DNA of 64,000 nucleotides from Bryobacterales bacterium (GTDB lineage Bacteria; Acidobacteriota; Terriglobia; Bryobacterales; UBA6623): contig OY729427.2 in assembly GCA_963422375.2 (NCBI GenBank), positions 1,056,001 to 1,120,000 of the forward strand, written 5' to 3'. The notes under the pieces are model-generated. The model saw only the letters and a program-made list of their open reading frames with translations. It was not told the DNA's origin and did not search any database. Numbering within the stretch: the stretch's first letter is position 1; every line of letters starts with the position of its first letter. This document shows positions 8,850-18,452 of the stretch, in pieces. The position numbers were made by a program, and so were the translations under genes.

Positions 8850-9788
8850 TTACAGGGGCAGATGAAACCCAATGTATCCGATCTCGAATTCCCTCTGATC
8901 AGAATCCCACCGAAAATGGATTCGACCACTACTACCATATCTAGCATGCCAAAAGAACAATTTATTCTGGCCATCCTCGGACCTAAATTCACGCTTCTGT
9001 CGCAACTTTCTATTCTGCTTCACCGATGCACTTTCATCCGAAACTCTGCAATACCACTGTGGAATTCCGATGTCTGAATGTGCCCACATAGAGGCTGACT
9101 TGTTCAATTGACACAATCTCTTGCGAACAACAGGAATCGAACTAGTCGGCACACTTTTGAGGTGCTGCCTAACGTCGACTCCAAATCGCAGCCCTGGAAA
9201 TAGATCGGCTCTAGAATCCCAAATCTCGTCCGGGTCATTACCACTCTGGGCCAGCTTCTTGTGACGGGAAATAATCGCTGTAGCGTGCCGACGCCGGGTC
9301 AAATTATCAACTGTCTCAGTAAACAATGCAATTGACTCGTCACTAACCAACTCATTGTATCTTACAATAACCTCGTCTCTGTCCCAACCCGGTTCAGATG
9401 GAAACCCTACAAGAATCGAGTCCATTAGACTACAAAGAACCAATTCATCTGACGAGAGCTTCGTTTCATCAACTGTCTCTCGCCCATGGAATCTGTCGAG
9501 GACATCGCTACCAATGTCTGTTAGCAAGGGTAACTTTGAGGTCAACTTCAGAAAAAATCTATATTCTTCTAGTGACGTTGAACGTCTCAATAGACGAGCG
9601 ACTTCAGCAAGCGAATGCCCAGATGTTACTTGAATTGATTCAACAGGAGTCCTCAATCGCAGAGTAGGTTCCACGCACCTCGATTGATGAAGTCGAACCA
9701 TACCCAAAATCATATCTTTCATCCAATCTTGAGCGACAAACACATTTGATGCGCGCAAACTCGCAATATTGAGTATCATTTCTCTCAT
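8850..9788 (-). CDS. Menshen NsnC-like effector, putative C-terminal RelE-like nuclease
   Basis: Third gene after DUF262 and the AAA/DUF3696 ATPase. C-terminus FFWHARYGSSGRIHFRW...FEIGYIGFHLP resembles RelE-like toxin domains. Confidence 0.7.
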   Translation of the reverse strand: MREMILNIASLRASNVFVAQDWMKDMILGMVRLHQSRCVEPTLRLRTPVESIQVTSGHSLAEVARLLRRSTSLEEYRFFLKLTSKLPLLTDIGSDVLDRFHGRETVDETKLSSDELVLCSLMDSILVGFPSEPGWDRDEVIVRYNELVSDESIALFTETVDNLTRRRHATAIISRHKKLAQSGNDPDEIWDSRADLFPGLRFGVDVRQHLKSVPTSSIPVVRKRLCQLNKSASMWAHSDIGIPQWYCRVSDESASVKQNRKLRQKREFRSEDGQNKLFFWHARYGSSGRIHFRWDSDQREFEIGYIGFHLPL

Positions 9789-9795
9789 GGTGAAA

Positions 9796-10911
9796 TCACC
9801 AATCTAAGAGCTGTGCGAGGTTTTCCTCGTGCTGATCAAAAAACCCCCTTGGCCATGAAGACAGTCGGCCCTCCCTATTCAACCGTGGTTCGTGAACAAT
9901 GGATGCCGACCCACGACGTTCAAAGTATTGAATCGAAACGTCGTCTGGTGCGATCATGTCCTTGCGAACGGCAATTCGCACTCCGTCCAGAACATGGTCA
10001 CTATGGGTCTCCAGCACCACCTGAACCCCTGCACACGCCGCTCGAACCGCAAGCTCGCCGAGCTTGGTCTGACCATACGGGTGGAGATGTGCTTCAGGAT
10101 TCTCTATCAAGCAAAGACTACACGGCGAGCTCTCAAGCAACAGAGCCAACACAACAGGCAAACAGTACGAGAGTCCAAATCCAACGTTCGTTGCACGAAA
10201 CGGGCGACTTGAAATGTCCCCCTCTCGATCAAATGAATATCCTACCAGCAATAGACCAGCCTCCCGAAGCGTCCTTAGTTGCAGATGCGCTCCCGGTGAA
10301 ATCTCCTGTAGCCAAGTGTCAACGACATCCAACAGTCTGCGTTGGTTCTGATTGCGACATCTCGGGTCGTCCGCCGTGAGTAGCTGACCCTGAAAATGAC
10401 TCAAGTAGTTTAGAGCGTGCTCGCAATTGTGACCAAAGTCATGGAGCAGAGCCCGCGATTCGGTCAATCCATGGAATCTGCGCGGTCCAATGCGCTCTGC
10501 ACTAACAAAGGTTAGGCGCCCTCCGAATGGAGGAATCTGTCGCCATTGCTCGGTGACCAATGACTTCTGTGGATCAATCACAGAAAGTTGATCGGAATCC
10601 CTTGAATATTTAAGGGATGCAGTCCACGAATCTGAGATATCGTTGGCCTCCAATTCAACTTCGATGCGATCATTCAATGCCCCATCCCAAAGAATATCTC
10701 CACCTGTCCCTAGGTCGATCAACTTGCCATTAAGCGTCATATGTCCGCTCTGGAGATGTCCTGATTGGCATGATTGACGGATCATCAATAGTGCTTGAAT
10801 CACGCTGCTTTTTCCCATTCCATTTAGTCCACAGAATAGGTTGAGAGAAGCACACGATATGCTGATGCCCTCGAAACACTTGAAATTCTCGAGTCTGATT
10901 CGACGAATCAT
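9796..10911 (-). CDS. AAA_15/AAA_21-type ATPase with C-terminal DUF3696 (Menshen NsnB-like)
   Basis: IRLENFKCF, Walker A GLNGMGKS, signature NVGFGLSY, Walker B LIENPEAHLHP, H-loop ETHS, and a DUF3696-type WPRGFFDQ tail. Confidence 0.9.
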   Translation of the reverse strand: MIRRIRLENFKCFEGISISCASLNLFCGLNGMGKSSVIQALLMIRQSCQSGHLQSGHMTLNGKLIDLGTGGDILWDGALNDRIEVELEANDISDSWTASLKYSRDSDQLSVIDPQKSLVTEQWRQIPPFGGRLTFVSAERIGPRRFHGLTESRALLHDFGHNCEHALNYLSHFQGQLLTADDPRCRNQNQRRLLDVVDTWLQEISPGAHLQLRTLREAGLLLVGYSFDREGDISSRPFRATNVGFGLSYCLPVVLALLLESSPCSLCLIENPEAHLHPYGQTKLGELAVRAACAGVQVVLETHSDHVLDGVRIAVRKDMIAPDDVSIQYFERRGSASIVHEPRLNREGRLSSWPRGFFDQHEENLAQLLDW

Positions 10912-12023
10912 AGGAGAATCCCCTCAACGAGGTGCTTGATTGCAGTGAAGCGTTTTCTAACCTTGCTCACGGCCGAAGTCCCAACAGAGATGGCCTTGTC
11001 GAATTCCTCATCGTTCATTGCTAAGTGTTTGAACTCTCTCTGCACTACTTCTGAGTTTCGGATAAGATGGTCTATTTGATTTGAACTAACAGATGCAAGC
11101 TCGACTCCCCAAGTCTCAAACAATGCTCGATTAATCGGCTTCTTCCTGCCATTCGTATCCCGTGGTTTTCGGAATGTGTCAGCGCCAAATATCTTGTAAG
11201 CAGCATCCATAGACCGCACGAAGTCATTTCTGTAACGTGCACGCTGTTCCTCATTGAGTTGGTTAATTCTCCTCATAGTTTTGCCAAGATAACCATCTAA
11301 GTCTCTTGCATCATAGGACTGCCACGGATCTATCCTAAAGGCCATAAATCGAAGAACACACTCTTGGTCCGCCTTGCGATCAGAGTTGATACTCTTTCCT
11401 GTTGCTTGGAGGAACTCTTTGGAGTTTGCTAAATCTCGAAGAAAGTCACGCGCTGGACCTCGGTGCATTGCATGACGGATTTCCTGCCCTGTCAGTGAGA
11501 CTCCACCTGTGTTGATTCGTTTAAACACATTGAACTTGACTTCTTCCGGAGTGCCAGGTTCAATCACATTCACAATCAGTTGAGTCTCGCTGATCCGCCG
11601 TTGAAGAAATCTAGGAAGGTCACCATATATCTTGTCATTGTAATTTATCAAGTATTCGAGGTCTGTGAGCGGAAACTCTCCCTTCACGAATCTATAGACT
11701 GATGTAATGCGTTGAATTCCGTCAACAACGTCCCAGTGATCGCTGTAGTCGGAGGCGACATAAAATACGGGAATTGGGATCCTCAAGAGTAGAGACTCAA
11801 TCAGTCGACTCTTCTTGCGAGAATCCCACACGTTGGTACTCCTCTGGAAATCAGGCGCTAGTTCGATCTCATTGTGATCAAGTCGTGAGACGATCTGCTC
11901 AATCACAACCGTATTCGTGCGTATCTTTATTTTTTGGGGATCGAACGGCCGGGTGATCCTCGCAGATCCATCAGTCTGCTCACGTTCAACTCCATCCAGA
12001 CCGGTTGCATCAGAGTAAGACAT
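10908..12023 (-). CDS. DUF262 (ParB-like, GmrS-type) domain protein (Menshen NsnA-like)
   Basis: PDFQR..VW, KSRLIESLLLRIPIP, VVDGIQR and FKRINTGG motifs of DUF262; overlaps the ATPase start. Confidence 0.92.
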   Translation of the reverse strand: MSYSDATGLDGVEREQTDGSARITRPFDPQKIKIRTNTVVIEQIVSRLDHNEIELAPDFQRSTNVWDSRKKSRLIESLLLRIPIPVFYVASDYSDHWDVVDGIQRITSVYRFVKGEFPLTDLEYLINYNDKIYGDLPRFLQRRISETQLIVNVIEPGTPEEVKFNVFKRINTGGVSLTGQEIRHAMHRGPARDFLRDLANSKEFLQATGKSINSDRKADQECVLRFMAFRIDPWQSYDARDLDGYLGKTMRRINQLNEEQRARYRNDFVRSMDAAYKIFGADTFRKPRDTNGRKKPINRALFETWGVELASVSSNQIDHLIRNSEVVQREFKHLAMNDEEFDKAISVGTSAVSKVRKRFTAIKHLVEGILL

Positions 12024-12045
12024 GGCACGGACGCTTCAACACATC

Positions 12046-12051
12046 ATTATA
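12046..12051 (-). promoter_or_regulatory. Consensus -10 box TATAAT upstream of the DUF262 gene
   Basis: Minus strand reads tgttgTATAATgatg, about 22 nt before ATG 12023. Confidence 0.5.
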
Positions 12052-12898
12052 CAACATGCGAAGGTAGGTGCGACTGGATCGCTACCTGTCTCCAACGAGG
12101 CGGTCGATTCCCGCGGCAGTCGGGGCTCGGGCGTCCGCACCCTGAAAGATCGTCGGCGCGCAGCATGCGTTCAGACAGGCCTTGAAGAGGGAAAGGCGAG
12201 GCTAGCGCTGAGGATCGAGCGCCGCTCGAGATGCTGGCGCTTCAGGGAAATGTCATTGACAGGGGGCGAGCCTTGGTTGCAGACCTCCAGCTTGCCGCGG
12301 CCCTCGGCGCCACCGGCCCCCTTCCGGCGCTCCCGCTCCAACTCCCCACTCAGCCTTCACCGCGACTTGAGGAGCCGCTGCTTGACCCGCTCGTACACCC
12401 GCCGCCAAGGATGTCCAGCATTCAGGGCGACCGCCGTCGGGTCTATCTCCCGCTCGCGCAGCCTGACGCAGGCAGACGGAGGTCGCAGGGCTCGCCCGCG
12501 CCTGCATCCACGGTCGGGCGAGGCTACTCGGCTGAATCCCGGCCACGCGCCAAGCCCGACCGTGCGTGCACGGCGGCGCAGATCACTCCCGAGTCGTTGG
12601 GGCCCGGCCGCGCCGTCCCCGTTGGGCACGCATGGGCCTCGCGCCTGTTGTCAACCCAGCAATTCCACGGCCATTCCCAGTCCGGCCCACGCTAGAGCCG
12701 CGCAAGAATGCACCATGCTGCCTACGACGTCTCCCTGTTGCAGGGGGCTGTCTGCAGAATGCGGCGCGTCTCGGCGACAGTTGCTCCTGACAGATGTGCT
12801 GCCGCTGCCGCGGCTGACCGGTGTACGGCCTGCGGTGCGAAGCGTGGCCTGGGGCTCGGCGATTCTGCCAGTCGCGCGGCACCGTCGGCACTTCGGCC

Positions 12899-14536
12899 CT
12901 ACGTTCGGCTTCGGGTGCCGAGCAGGTCCCTAGCAGCCTGTCGCGCCTCCCCTAGCGTGGCGACCTTCCGGTTCCCGGGCACCCCCCGCAGCACGTCGAA
13001 CTCACGGATGGTAGCGGCACCCGAGCCGTGAAGTCCCTTGATAACGAAGTCGGTATCGGATGCGGTCGCGACCTCCAGAAGCCGCTCGATCACCATCGCG
13101 GCGCTTTCGTCGATATAGGTGGTGTCGGTGAAGTCGAAGATCAGAACCTCGTGATCTCGGATTTCCGGCCCGACCACGTTCACCAGCTTGTTCGACGAGG
13201 CGACAGTGGCGACAGTGAGGTCGCCACTGAGCGCCACCAAGCCCACGCGCCGCGCAATGGGGCTCCCGGCTGCCATGTCCTCGTCACAGTCGAAGAGAGT
13301 CTCATCCCGCATAGGCATGAAGACGACCCTGTCGAGCTCAAGCTGCTCCAGTCGCCGCGCATGCACCATTCCCCCTGCAATCAAACCGATCGCCGCCGCG
13401 GTTATCGGGTCTACGAATACCGTGAGGCCAAGCGTCGTCAGAAGGACGAGCAGGCTCTCGCCACTGATCCGGTGGAGCCGGAAGAGCAGACGCCAGTCAA
13501 TGATGTCCCAGCCCGCCTTTATGGTTACGCCGGCAAGCGCCGCAATCGGTATCGGCTCGGCAAGGCGGCCAAGTCCCGGTACCAGCGCCAGCAGGGTCAG
13601 CGCACATATCACTCCCGACCACGGCGATGATCCCCCGGAGCGGATATTGGTCACCGTGCCTAGCGACGCCCCGGAACCGGGAAGCGCCCCTAACAGCCCG
13701 GCTATCGTGTTGCCGATACCTTGGCCGACGAGCTCGCGACCAGGGTCGTGACGCTTGCCCGTCAGCGAATCGGTCGCCAGCGCAACCAGGAGGGTATCCA
13801 CCGCACCGAGCAGCGCGAGCATCAACGCCGGCTCCAGGGCATCTAGCAGGACTCCGGTAATGGGGACTGCCAGTCGGATGCTCGGCGATTCGGTCGGCAA
13901 TTCGCCAATGACCGGCGCACTCGTCAACCACAGCACACCCATCAGAGTGCCGACTACGAGCGCTACGAGCGGCCCGGGAGCGAACCGCGCAAGGCGGTGC
14001 GGCCAGAGGAAACCGATCGCCAGAGTGACGGCGGCGATGGCCAGGGCGCTGAGACGGATGTTGGCGAGCGCATCCGGGAGCGCCCACATCGTGCCGATGA
14101 GGCCGCCCGGATGAAGGGGCGCGCCGAGAAACGGGGGAAGCTGAACCAGAATGATGATGGCACCGAAGCCGGACATAAGCCCGGACACGATCACGCGCGG
14201 CGTGTAGGCTGCGAAACGGCCGACCCTCGCGAGGCCTAGAATCACCTGGATCAAGCCGGCGAGAACAACTGCCGTCAAGGCATCGGCGACATTGTGCGCG
14301 TAGCTGGTGACGACGGCCCACATCGCTACGGTCATCGCCGCCGTGGGACCGGATATCTGGGAGCGCGTGCCGCCGAACACAGCCGCGCCGAAGCCGAGCG
14401 CGACGGCACCATGGAGTCCCGCGACCGCTCCCATGCCCGACGCGATGCCGAAGCTGAGCGCCAACGGCAGCATCACTGCCGCGGAGGCGATCCCTCCTAG
14501 GAAGTCGCCACGGATCGTCAGGCGGTCAAGCTTCAT
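12899..14536 (-). CDS. SulP/SLC26 family anion transporter with STAS domain (BicA-like)
   Basis: GDFLGG, LPLALSFGIASG, FGGTRSQISGPT and ELVGQGIGN motifs; C-terminal STAS with LIFDFTDTTYIDESA. Confidence 0.92.
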   Translation of the reverse strand: MKLDRLTIRGDFLGGIASAAVMLPLALSFGIASGMGAVAGLHGAVALGFGAAVFGGTRSQISGPTAAMTVAMWAVVTSYAHNVADALTAVVLAGLIQVILGLARVGRFAAYTPRVIVSGLMSGFGAIIILVQLPPFLGAPLHPGGLIGTMWALPDALANIRLSALAIAAVTLAIGFLWPHRLARFAPGPLVALVVGTLMGVLWLTSAPVIGELPTESPSIRLAVPITGVLLDALEPALMLALLGAVDTLLVALATDSLTGKRHDPGRELVGQGIGNTIAGLLGALPGSGASLGTVTNIRSGGSSPWSGVICALTLLALVPGLGRLAEPIPIAALAGVTIKAGWDIIDWRLLFRLHRISGESLLVLLTTLGLTVFVDPITAAAIGLIAGGMVHARRLEQLELDRVVFMPMRDETLFDCDEDMAAGSPIARRVGLVALSGDLTVATVASSNKLVNVVGPEIRDHEVLIFDFTDTTYIDESAAMVIERLLEVATASDTDFVIKGLHGSGAATIREFDVLRGVPGNRKVATLGEARQAARDLLGTRSRT

Positions 14537-14921
14537 GGCGGACCCACTTGCGGTCTCTGTCGTCGGGATGGCCGGACTGTCTCGAGGAATGGACGCCTAG
14601 TACCGCGACGCACAGGTCCCGATGTCGTTGACAGCAGCGTAGTCCAAGAGCTCGCCGAGTCGCCTGCGGGAGGGCAAGCCGAGGGACTTGGGCAGGATCT
14701 CCGGCACGGAGTCAAGCGATTGGTGCGCACCCCTCCGCCTTGTCAAGGCCAAACGAATGCTCCGCCTCCCTGCTGATCTCAGGACGACCAGACTTCGCGC
14801 ATGGTGCGCCAAGAGCTGCGCACTGCCGCGAATCCCGCTGGAAGACTTGCCTTCCGCAAGGCGCTCGCCCGCCGTTGGCTGCCAGACTTGCCGGCACGGA
14901 GTGCCGGAATCAAGCCCGCTC

Positions 14922-16421
14922 TCAGGGAACTCCCGCTGCGCTCGCCAGAGCCGCTTCCGCACCGGACACGATTCCGGCAACGGCGACGTCAAGCACTTCA
15001 AGAATCGGACCCGGGTACACACCCGCCGCGATCACGATCGCGACCAGCGGCGCAAGCGTCAGGACCTCGCGCGGCCCGAGATCGGGCAGCGACTCCACCA
15101 TGCGAGTCGGCACGCGACCCAATGCCACCCGTTGCAGCATCCAAAGCATGTAACTGGCCGAGAGCACGATTCCGCCCATCGCCAGCAGGACCTTGAGCAT
15201 GCCGCCGTAAGAGGTCCCCGCCAGCACTAGGAACTCGCCGACGAAGTTCGCCGTGCCCGGCAGGCCAAAGGCGGCCACCGAGAAGATCGAGAGGAACACG
15301 ACGAACCTAGGCATTGACTTGTGCAGGCCGCCGTAGTCGCCGATCATGCGCTTGTGGGTCCTTTCGTACAACAGGCCGATCGCCAGGAACAGCGCTCCTG
15401 TCGTCAGTCCGTGGCTGAACATCTGCACGACGGCACCCTGGACACCCTCGCTGTTGAACGCGAAGATGCCGAGCGTGACGAACCCCATATGCGAGACCGA
15501 GGAATAGGCGATCAGCTTCTTGATGTCGGATTGCGCCAAGGCCAGGCACCCGCCGTACAGAATGGCTGCGACGGACAGCCACAGAATGTAGGGCGCGTAC
15601 GTCGCGGCGGCCTCGGGCAGCGCGGGCACGCAAATCCGAATCATCCCGTATCCGCCCATTTTCAGCAGTACGCCCGCAAGGATGACGCTGCCCGCCGTCG
15701 GTGCCTCGGAATGGGCGTCGGGCAGCCAAAGGTGGAACGGCACCATCGGGAGCTTGATGGCGAATCCCAGGAAGAGCAGTCCGAAGATCGCGAGCTGTGC
15801 TTCCGTTCCGATGTCGCTCTCTACGATCGCCTGCAGGTCGAAGGTCTGCCCGCACTGCAAGTACAGCCCCAGAATCCCCGCCAGCAGCAGCAGGCTGCCC
15901 GCCAAGCTGTACAGCACGAACTTGATCCCGGCTACAACCCTATTCGGTCCGCCCCAGAGGACGATCATGAAGTACATGGGAATCATCGTGACTTCCCAGA
16001 GCATGAAGAACAGGAACAGGTCCATCGCCGTGAAGACTACGATCATGGCCCCCTCGACTAGGAGAACCAAGCTCAGAAAGGCCTTAACCTTGCTCTCGAT
16101 CGATGTCCAGGAAACGAGAACGCAGAGCGGCGCGAGCAGCGCGGTCAGGAGCACGAGCACGATGCTGATGCCATCCACGCCGACCGCGTATTCGACGTTG
16201 AAGGACGGCATCCAAGCGACGCGCTCCACGAATTGCATGCCGCCCTGGGCCGGATCGAAACCAGCCCATAGAGACAGCGAGAGACCGAGAGCGCCGACCG
16301 TGGTCGCCAGCGCGACCCAGCGGGCCCACGCGTCGCTTCGGACAAGCAGCAGGATCGCGATTCCGAGAAACGGAATCGCAACCAGCGAACTGATCATGTG
16401 GTCTGCTAGGATCGACGTCAA
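14922..16421 (-). CDS. NuoM-like antiporter-type membrane subunit (second copy, in the DabA/Mrp cluster)
   Basis: GVDGIS, WEVTMIPMY, FAIKLPMVPFHLWLPDAHSEAPTAGSVILAGVLLKMG, KKLIAYSSVSHMG and GLPGTANFVGEF. Confidence 0.9.
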   Translation of the reverse strand: MTSILADHMISSLVAIPFLGIAILLLVRSDAWARWVALATTVGALGLSLSLWAGFDPAQGGMQFVERVAWMPSFNVEYAVGVDGISIVLVLLTALLAPLCVLVSWTSIESKVKAFLSLVLLVEGAMIVVFTAMDLFLFFMLWEVTMIPMYFMIVLWGGPNRVVAGIKFVLYSLAGSLLLLAGILGLYLQCGQTFDLQAIVESDIGTEAQLAIFGLLFLGFAIKLPMVPFHLWLPDAHSEAPTAGSVILAGVLLKMGGYGMIRICVPALPEAAATYAPYILWLSVAAILYGGCLALAQSDIKKLIAYSSVSHMGFVTLGIFAFNSEGVQGAVVQMFSHGLTTGALFLAIGLLYERTHKRMIGDYGGLHKSMPRFVVFLSIFSVAAFGLPGTANFVGEFLVLAGTSYGGMLKVLLAMGGIVLSASYMLWMLQRVALGRVPTRMVESLPDLGPREVLTLAPLVAIVIAAGVYPGPILEVLDVAVAGIVSGAEAALASAAGVP

Positions 16422-16449
16422 ATCTAGCCCTCTCCTAAACCGAATGCCT

Positions 16450-18405
16450 CTACCCTGCTAGGAAGTAGCCCCAGCCAATGGCAGCAGCCATAATGCAGAC
16501 GATTATGGCGAGGTGATGGCGGAGAGTGCGCGGCCCGGCCCGCTCCAGCGCGTTCCCCGTGCCTTCAGCCGCCCGGTCAAAGCCTCGCAGTGCACTGTCC
16601 GTAGCGGGCTGGTCCAAGCCGCTCCACAGCCAGCCAGCTCCTCGCACCGTCGCCTTCGCCGCCCCGTGCGCGGTGCCTTCGCCGATTCCTTCCACCCTCA
16701 GCCACAACCATCGAGAGAGCCGCAGCACGGGGTTCACGGCCAAGGCCTCGTGCAGCTCGTCGAAGTAGAGCTTGTTCAGGAGAAGCACGTAGGCGGTCCT
16801 CGCCCACGGCCTAGCAGCCAGCGGCACTGCCGGCGGTTTCGCATGCCGATACCAAGCCCAGCCCCAGCCCGCCACCGCCGTGGCTAGGGCCGCCGCCAGC
16901 GAGAGAGGGAGATCCGTGGGCCGAGGCTCCCCCGCCGCCGACCCCGTGACAGGCGCCAGGAACCCGCTGAAGGCCGACCAAGCGCCGAGCAGAAGAGCCC
17001 CGATAGCGGCGCCCGCCAAGGCCAGCCCCGGCAGGTGGGCGATCGATAGCAGGCGTGGCCGGGCGCTGACGCCCTCCCCCACCGATTGTCCGAACAGGGA
17101 CACGATGCCCCGGAAGACGTAGGCGGCAGTGAAGAAGACTGTCGCCAAGGCCACGCACCAGAAGGCCGCCCGGGCCGAAGGGAATGGCTGAGCAACCCAG
17201 ATCCGCTCGTACGGGCCGGCGAACAGCACCACCGCCGCGACGCAGGCCAGCGGGAGCGCGCCCATGGCCAGGCCGACGACGCGGGCCGGCCGGCCCGCCG
17301 GCCCGCCGTGCCCATGACCGCTCGCGGCATTCAGGGCGTCCCCGGTCGACAGGAACAAGAACCCCTTCAGGAACCCGTGCGCCAAGAGGTGGAAGATGGC
17401 GGCGCCGAACGCGCCGACCCCGCAGGTGAAGATCATGAAGCCGATCTGGCTCACCGTCGAATACGCGAGCAGCTTCTTGATGTCGCTCTGGGTCAGCGAA
17501 ACCAGCGCGCCGTACAGCGCCGTGACCGCCCCGACAGCCGCGATCGCCCCCATCGCGGGAGGCGACAGGATGACTAGCGGGGCGAGCCGCACGAGCAGGA
17601 ACGGACCGGCATTGACCATCGTCGCGGCGTGAATCAGGGCGGAGACCGGTGTCGGAGCCTCCATGGCGTGCGGGAGCCACACGTGCATGGGCACCTGCGC
17701 CGACTTCCCCATGGCCCCGCTCAGCAGGCACAGCGCGATCAGCGTGTTCCTCTCGATTTCCAGTCCGAGGAACGCCAGGGTGCGACCGTCCATCGCCGCG
17801 GCCCGCTCCAAGAGCTCCGGTATGTCGAGCGTGCCGTAGGTCGCGAAGGCCAGCACCACGCCGAATCCCAAGCCGACGTCAGCCACCGCGTTGACGAGAA
17901 AGGCCTTGGTTGCCGCCCGCCCGGCCGCCGGCCGCGCCGCCCAGTGCGAAATGAGCAGGTAGGAGCAGATTCCCATGACCTCCCAGCACATGTACGTCAC
18001 CAGGAGGTTGTCGCTCATGACCAGCATCGCCATTGCGGCGGTGAACAGCGCCATGACCGCGAAGAAGCGGCGATACCGCGGGTCTCCCGTCATGTAGCGC
18101 GACGAGTAGACGTGGACGATGAAGCTGACGCCCGTGACCAGCGGGAGCAGCAGGACCGCGAGCTGGTCGATATACAGGCCGGCGTCGACGACCAAGCCGC
18201 CCGCCTCGATCAGGCGATACAGGGGGATCTCGATCAGACCGTCTCGCGCGACGCCGGCGAACGCTGCCAGCGAAAGAGCGAACGCGGTGCCTACGGAGAA
18301 TATCCCGACGCGGTGGATCCCGGCCTCGCCCAAGCGGCGACCGCCCAGCGCCAGGAAGAGGAACGCCGCCAAGGGCAGCGCAGGAATCAGAGCGTAGGCA
18401 GACAT
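16450..18405 (-). CDS. NuoL/DabB-like membrane subunit
   Basis: WEVMGICSYLLI, GKSAQVPMHVWLPHAMEAPTPVSALIHAATMV, DIKKLLAYST, HGFLKGFLFL and NKLYFDE. It lacks the GxPxxxGFxSK segment present in the real NuoL of this window. Confidence 0.88.
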   Translation of the reverse strand: MSAYALIPALPLAAFLFLALGGRRLGEAGIHRVGIFSVGTAFALSLAAFAGVARDGLIEIPLYRLIEAGGLVVDAGLYIDQLAVLLLPLVTGVSFIVHVYSSRYMTGDPRYRRFFAVMALFTAAMAMLVMSDNLLVTYMCWEVMGICSYLLISHWAARPAAGRAATKAFLVNAVADVGLGFGVVLAFATYGTLDIPELLERAAAMDGRTLAFLGLEIERNTLIALCLLSGAMGKSAQVPMHVWLPHAMEAPTPVSALIHAATMVNAGPFLLVRLAPLVILSPPAMGAIAAVGAVTALYGALVSLTQSDIKKLLAYSTVSQIGFMIFTCGVGAFGAAIFHLLAHGFLKGFLFLSTGDALNAASGHGHGGPAGRPARVVGLAMGALPLACVAAVVLFAGPYERIWVAQPFPSARAAFWCVALATVFFTAAYVFRGIVSLFGQSVGEGVSARPRLLSIAHLPGLALAGAAIGALLLGAWSAFSGFLAPVTGSAAGEPRPTDLPLSLAAALATAVAGWGWAWYRHAKPPAVPLAARPWARTAYVLLLNKLYFDELHEALAVNPVLRLSRWLWLRVEGIGEGTAHGAAKATVRGAGWLWSGLDQPATDSALRGFDRAAEGTGNALERAGPRTLRHHLAIIVCIMAAAIGWGYFLAG

Positions 18406-18452
18406 CTCCTATTCCTCGCTCCTTGCCGCTAGCGCCATGTCGCTCCCCCGTG

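Larger units (their letters stand above)
8800..12060 (-). mobile_element. Low-GC horizontally acquired defence island (boundaries approximate)
   Basis: Abrupt drop to roughly 45-50% GC by eye across three co-oriented genes, flanked by about 0.8 kb of non-coding or debris sequence on each side. No integrase seen. Confidence 0.7.

Noticed and set aside
8850..12023. Treating the DUF262-ATPase-effector trio as a new system, or as GmrSD or PARIS
   Set aside because: The layout matches the described Menshen system; no DUF1524/HNH (GmrD) or DUF4435/TOPRIM partner is visible.
7968..14713. Direct repeat CCGGCACGGAGTC at 7968-7980 and 14701-14713 (12-bp copy at 14891) as possible att sites around the defence island
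   Set aside because: GC-rich 13-mers recur by chance in 64 kb of about 70% GC DNA; there is no integrase or tRNA, and the positions do not match the GC shift.
14537..14921. Short ORFs in the spacer between the distal SulP and the NuoM-like gene
   Set aside because: No recognisable domain (no PII-like or carbonic anhydrase motif); only a small hairpin CCGGCAC-gga-GTGCCGG at 14891-14907.
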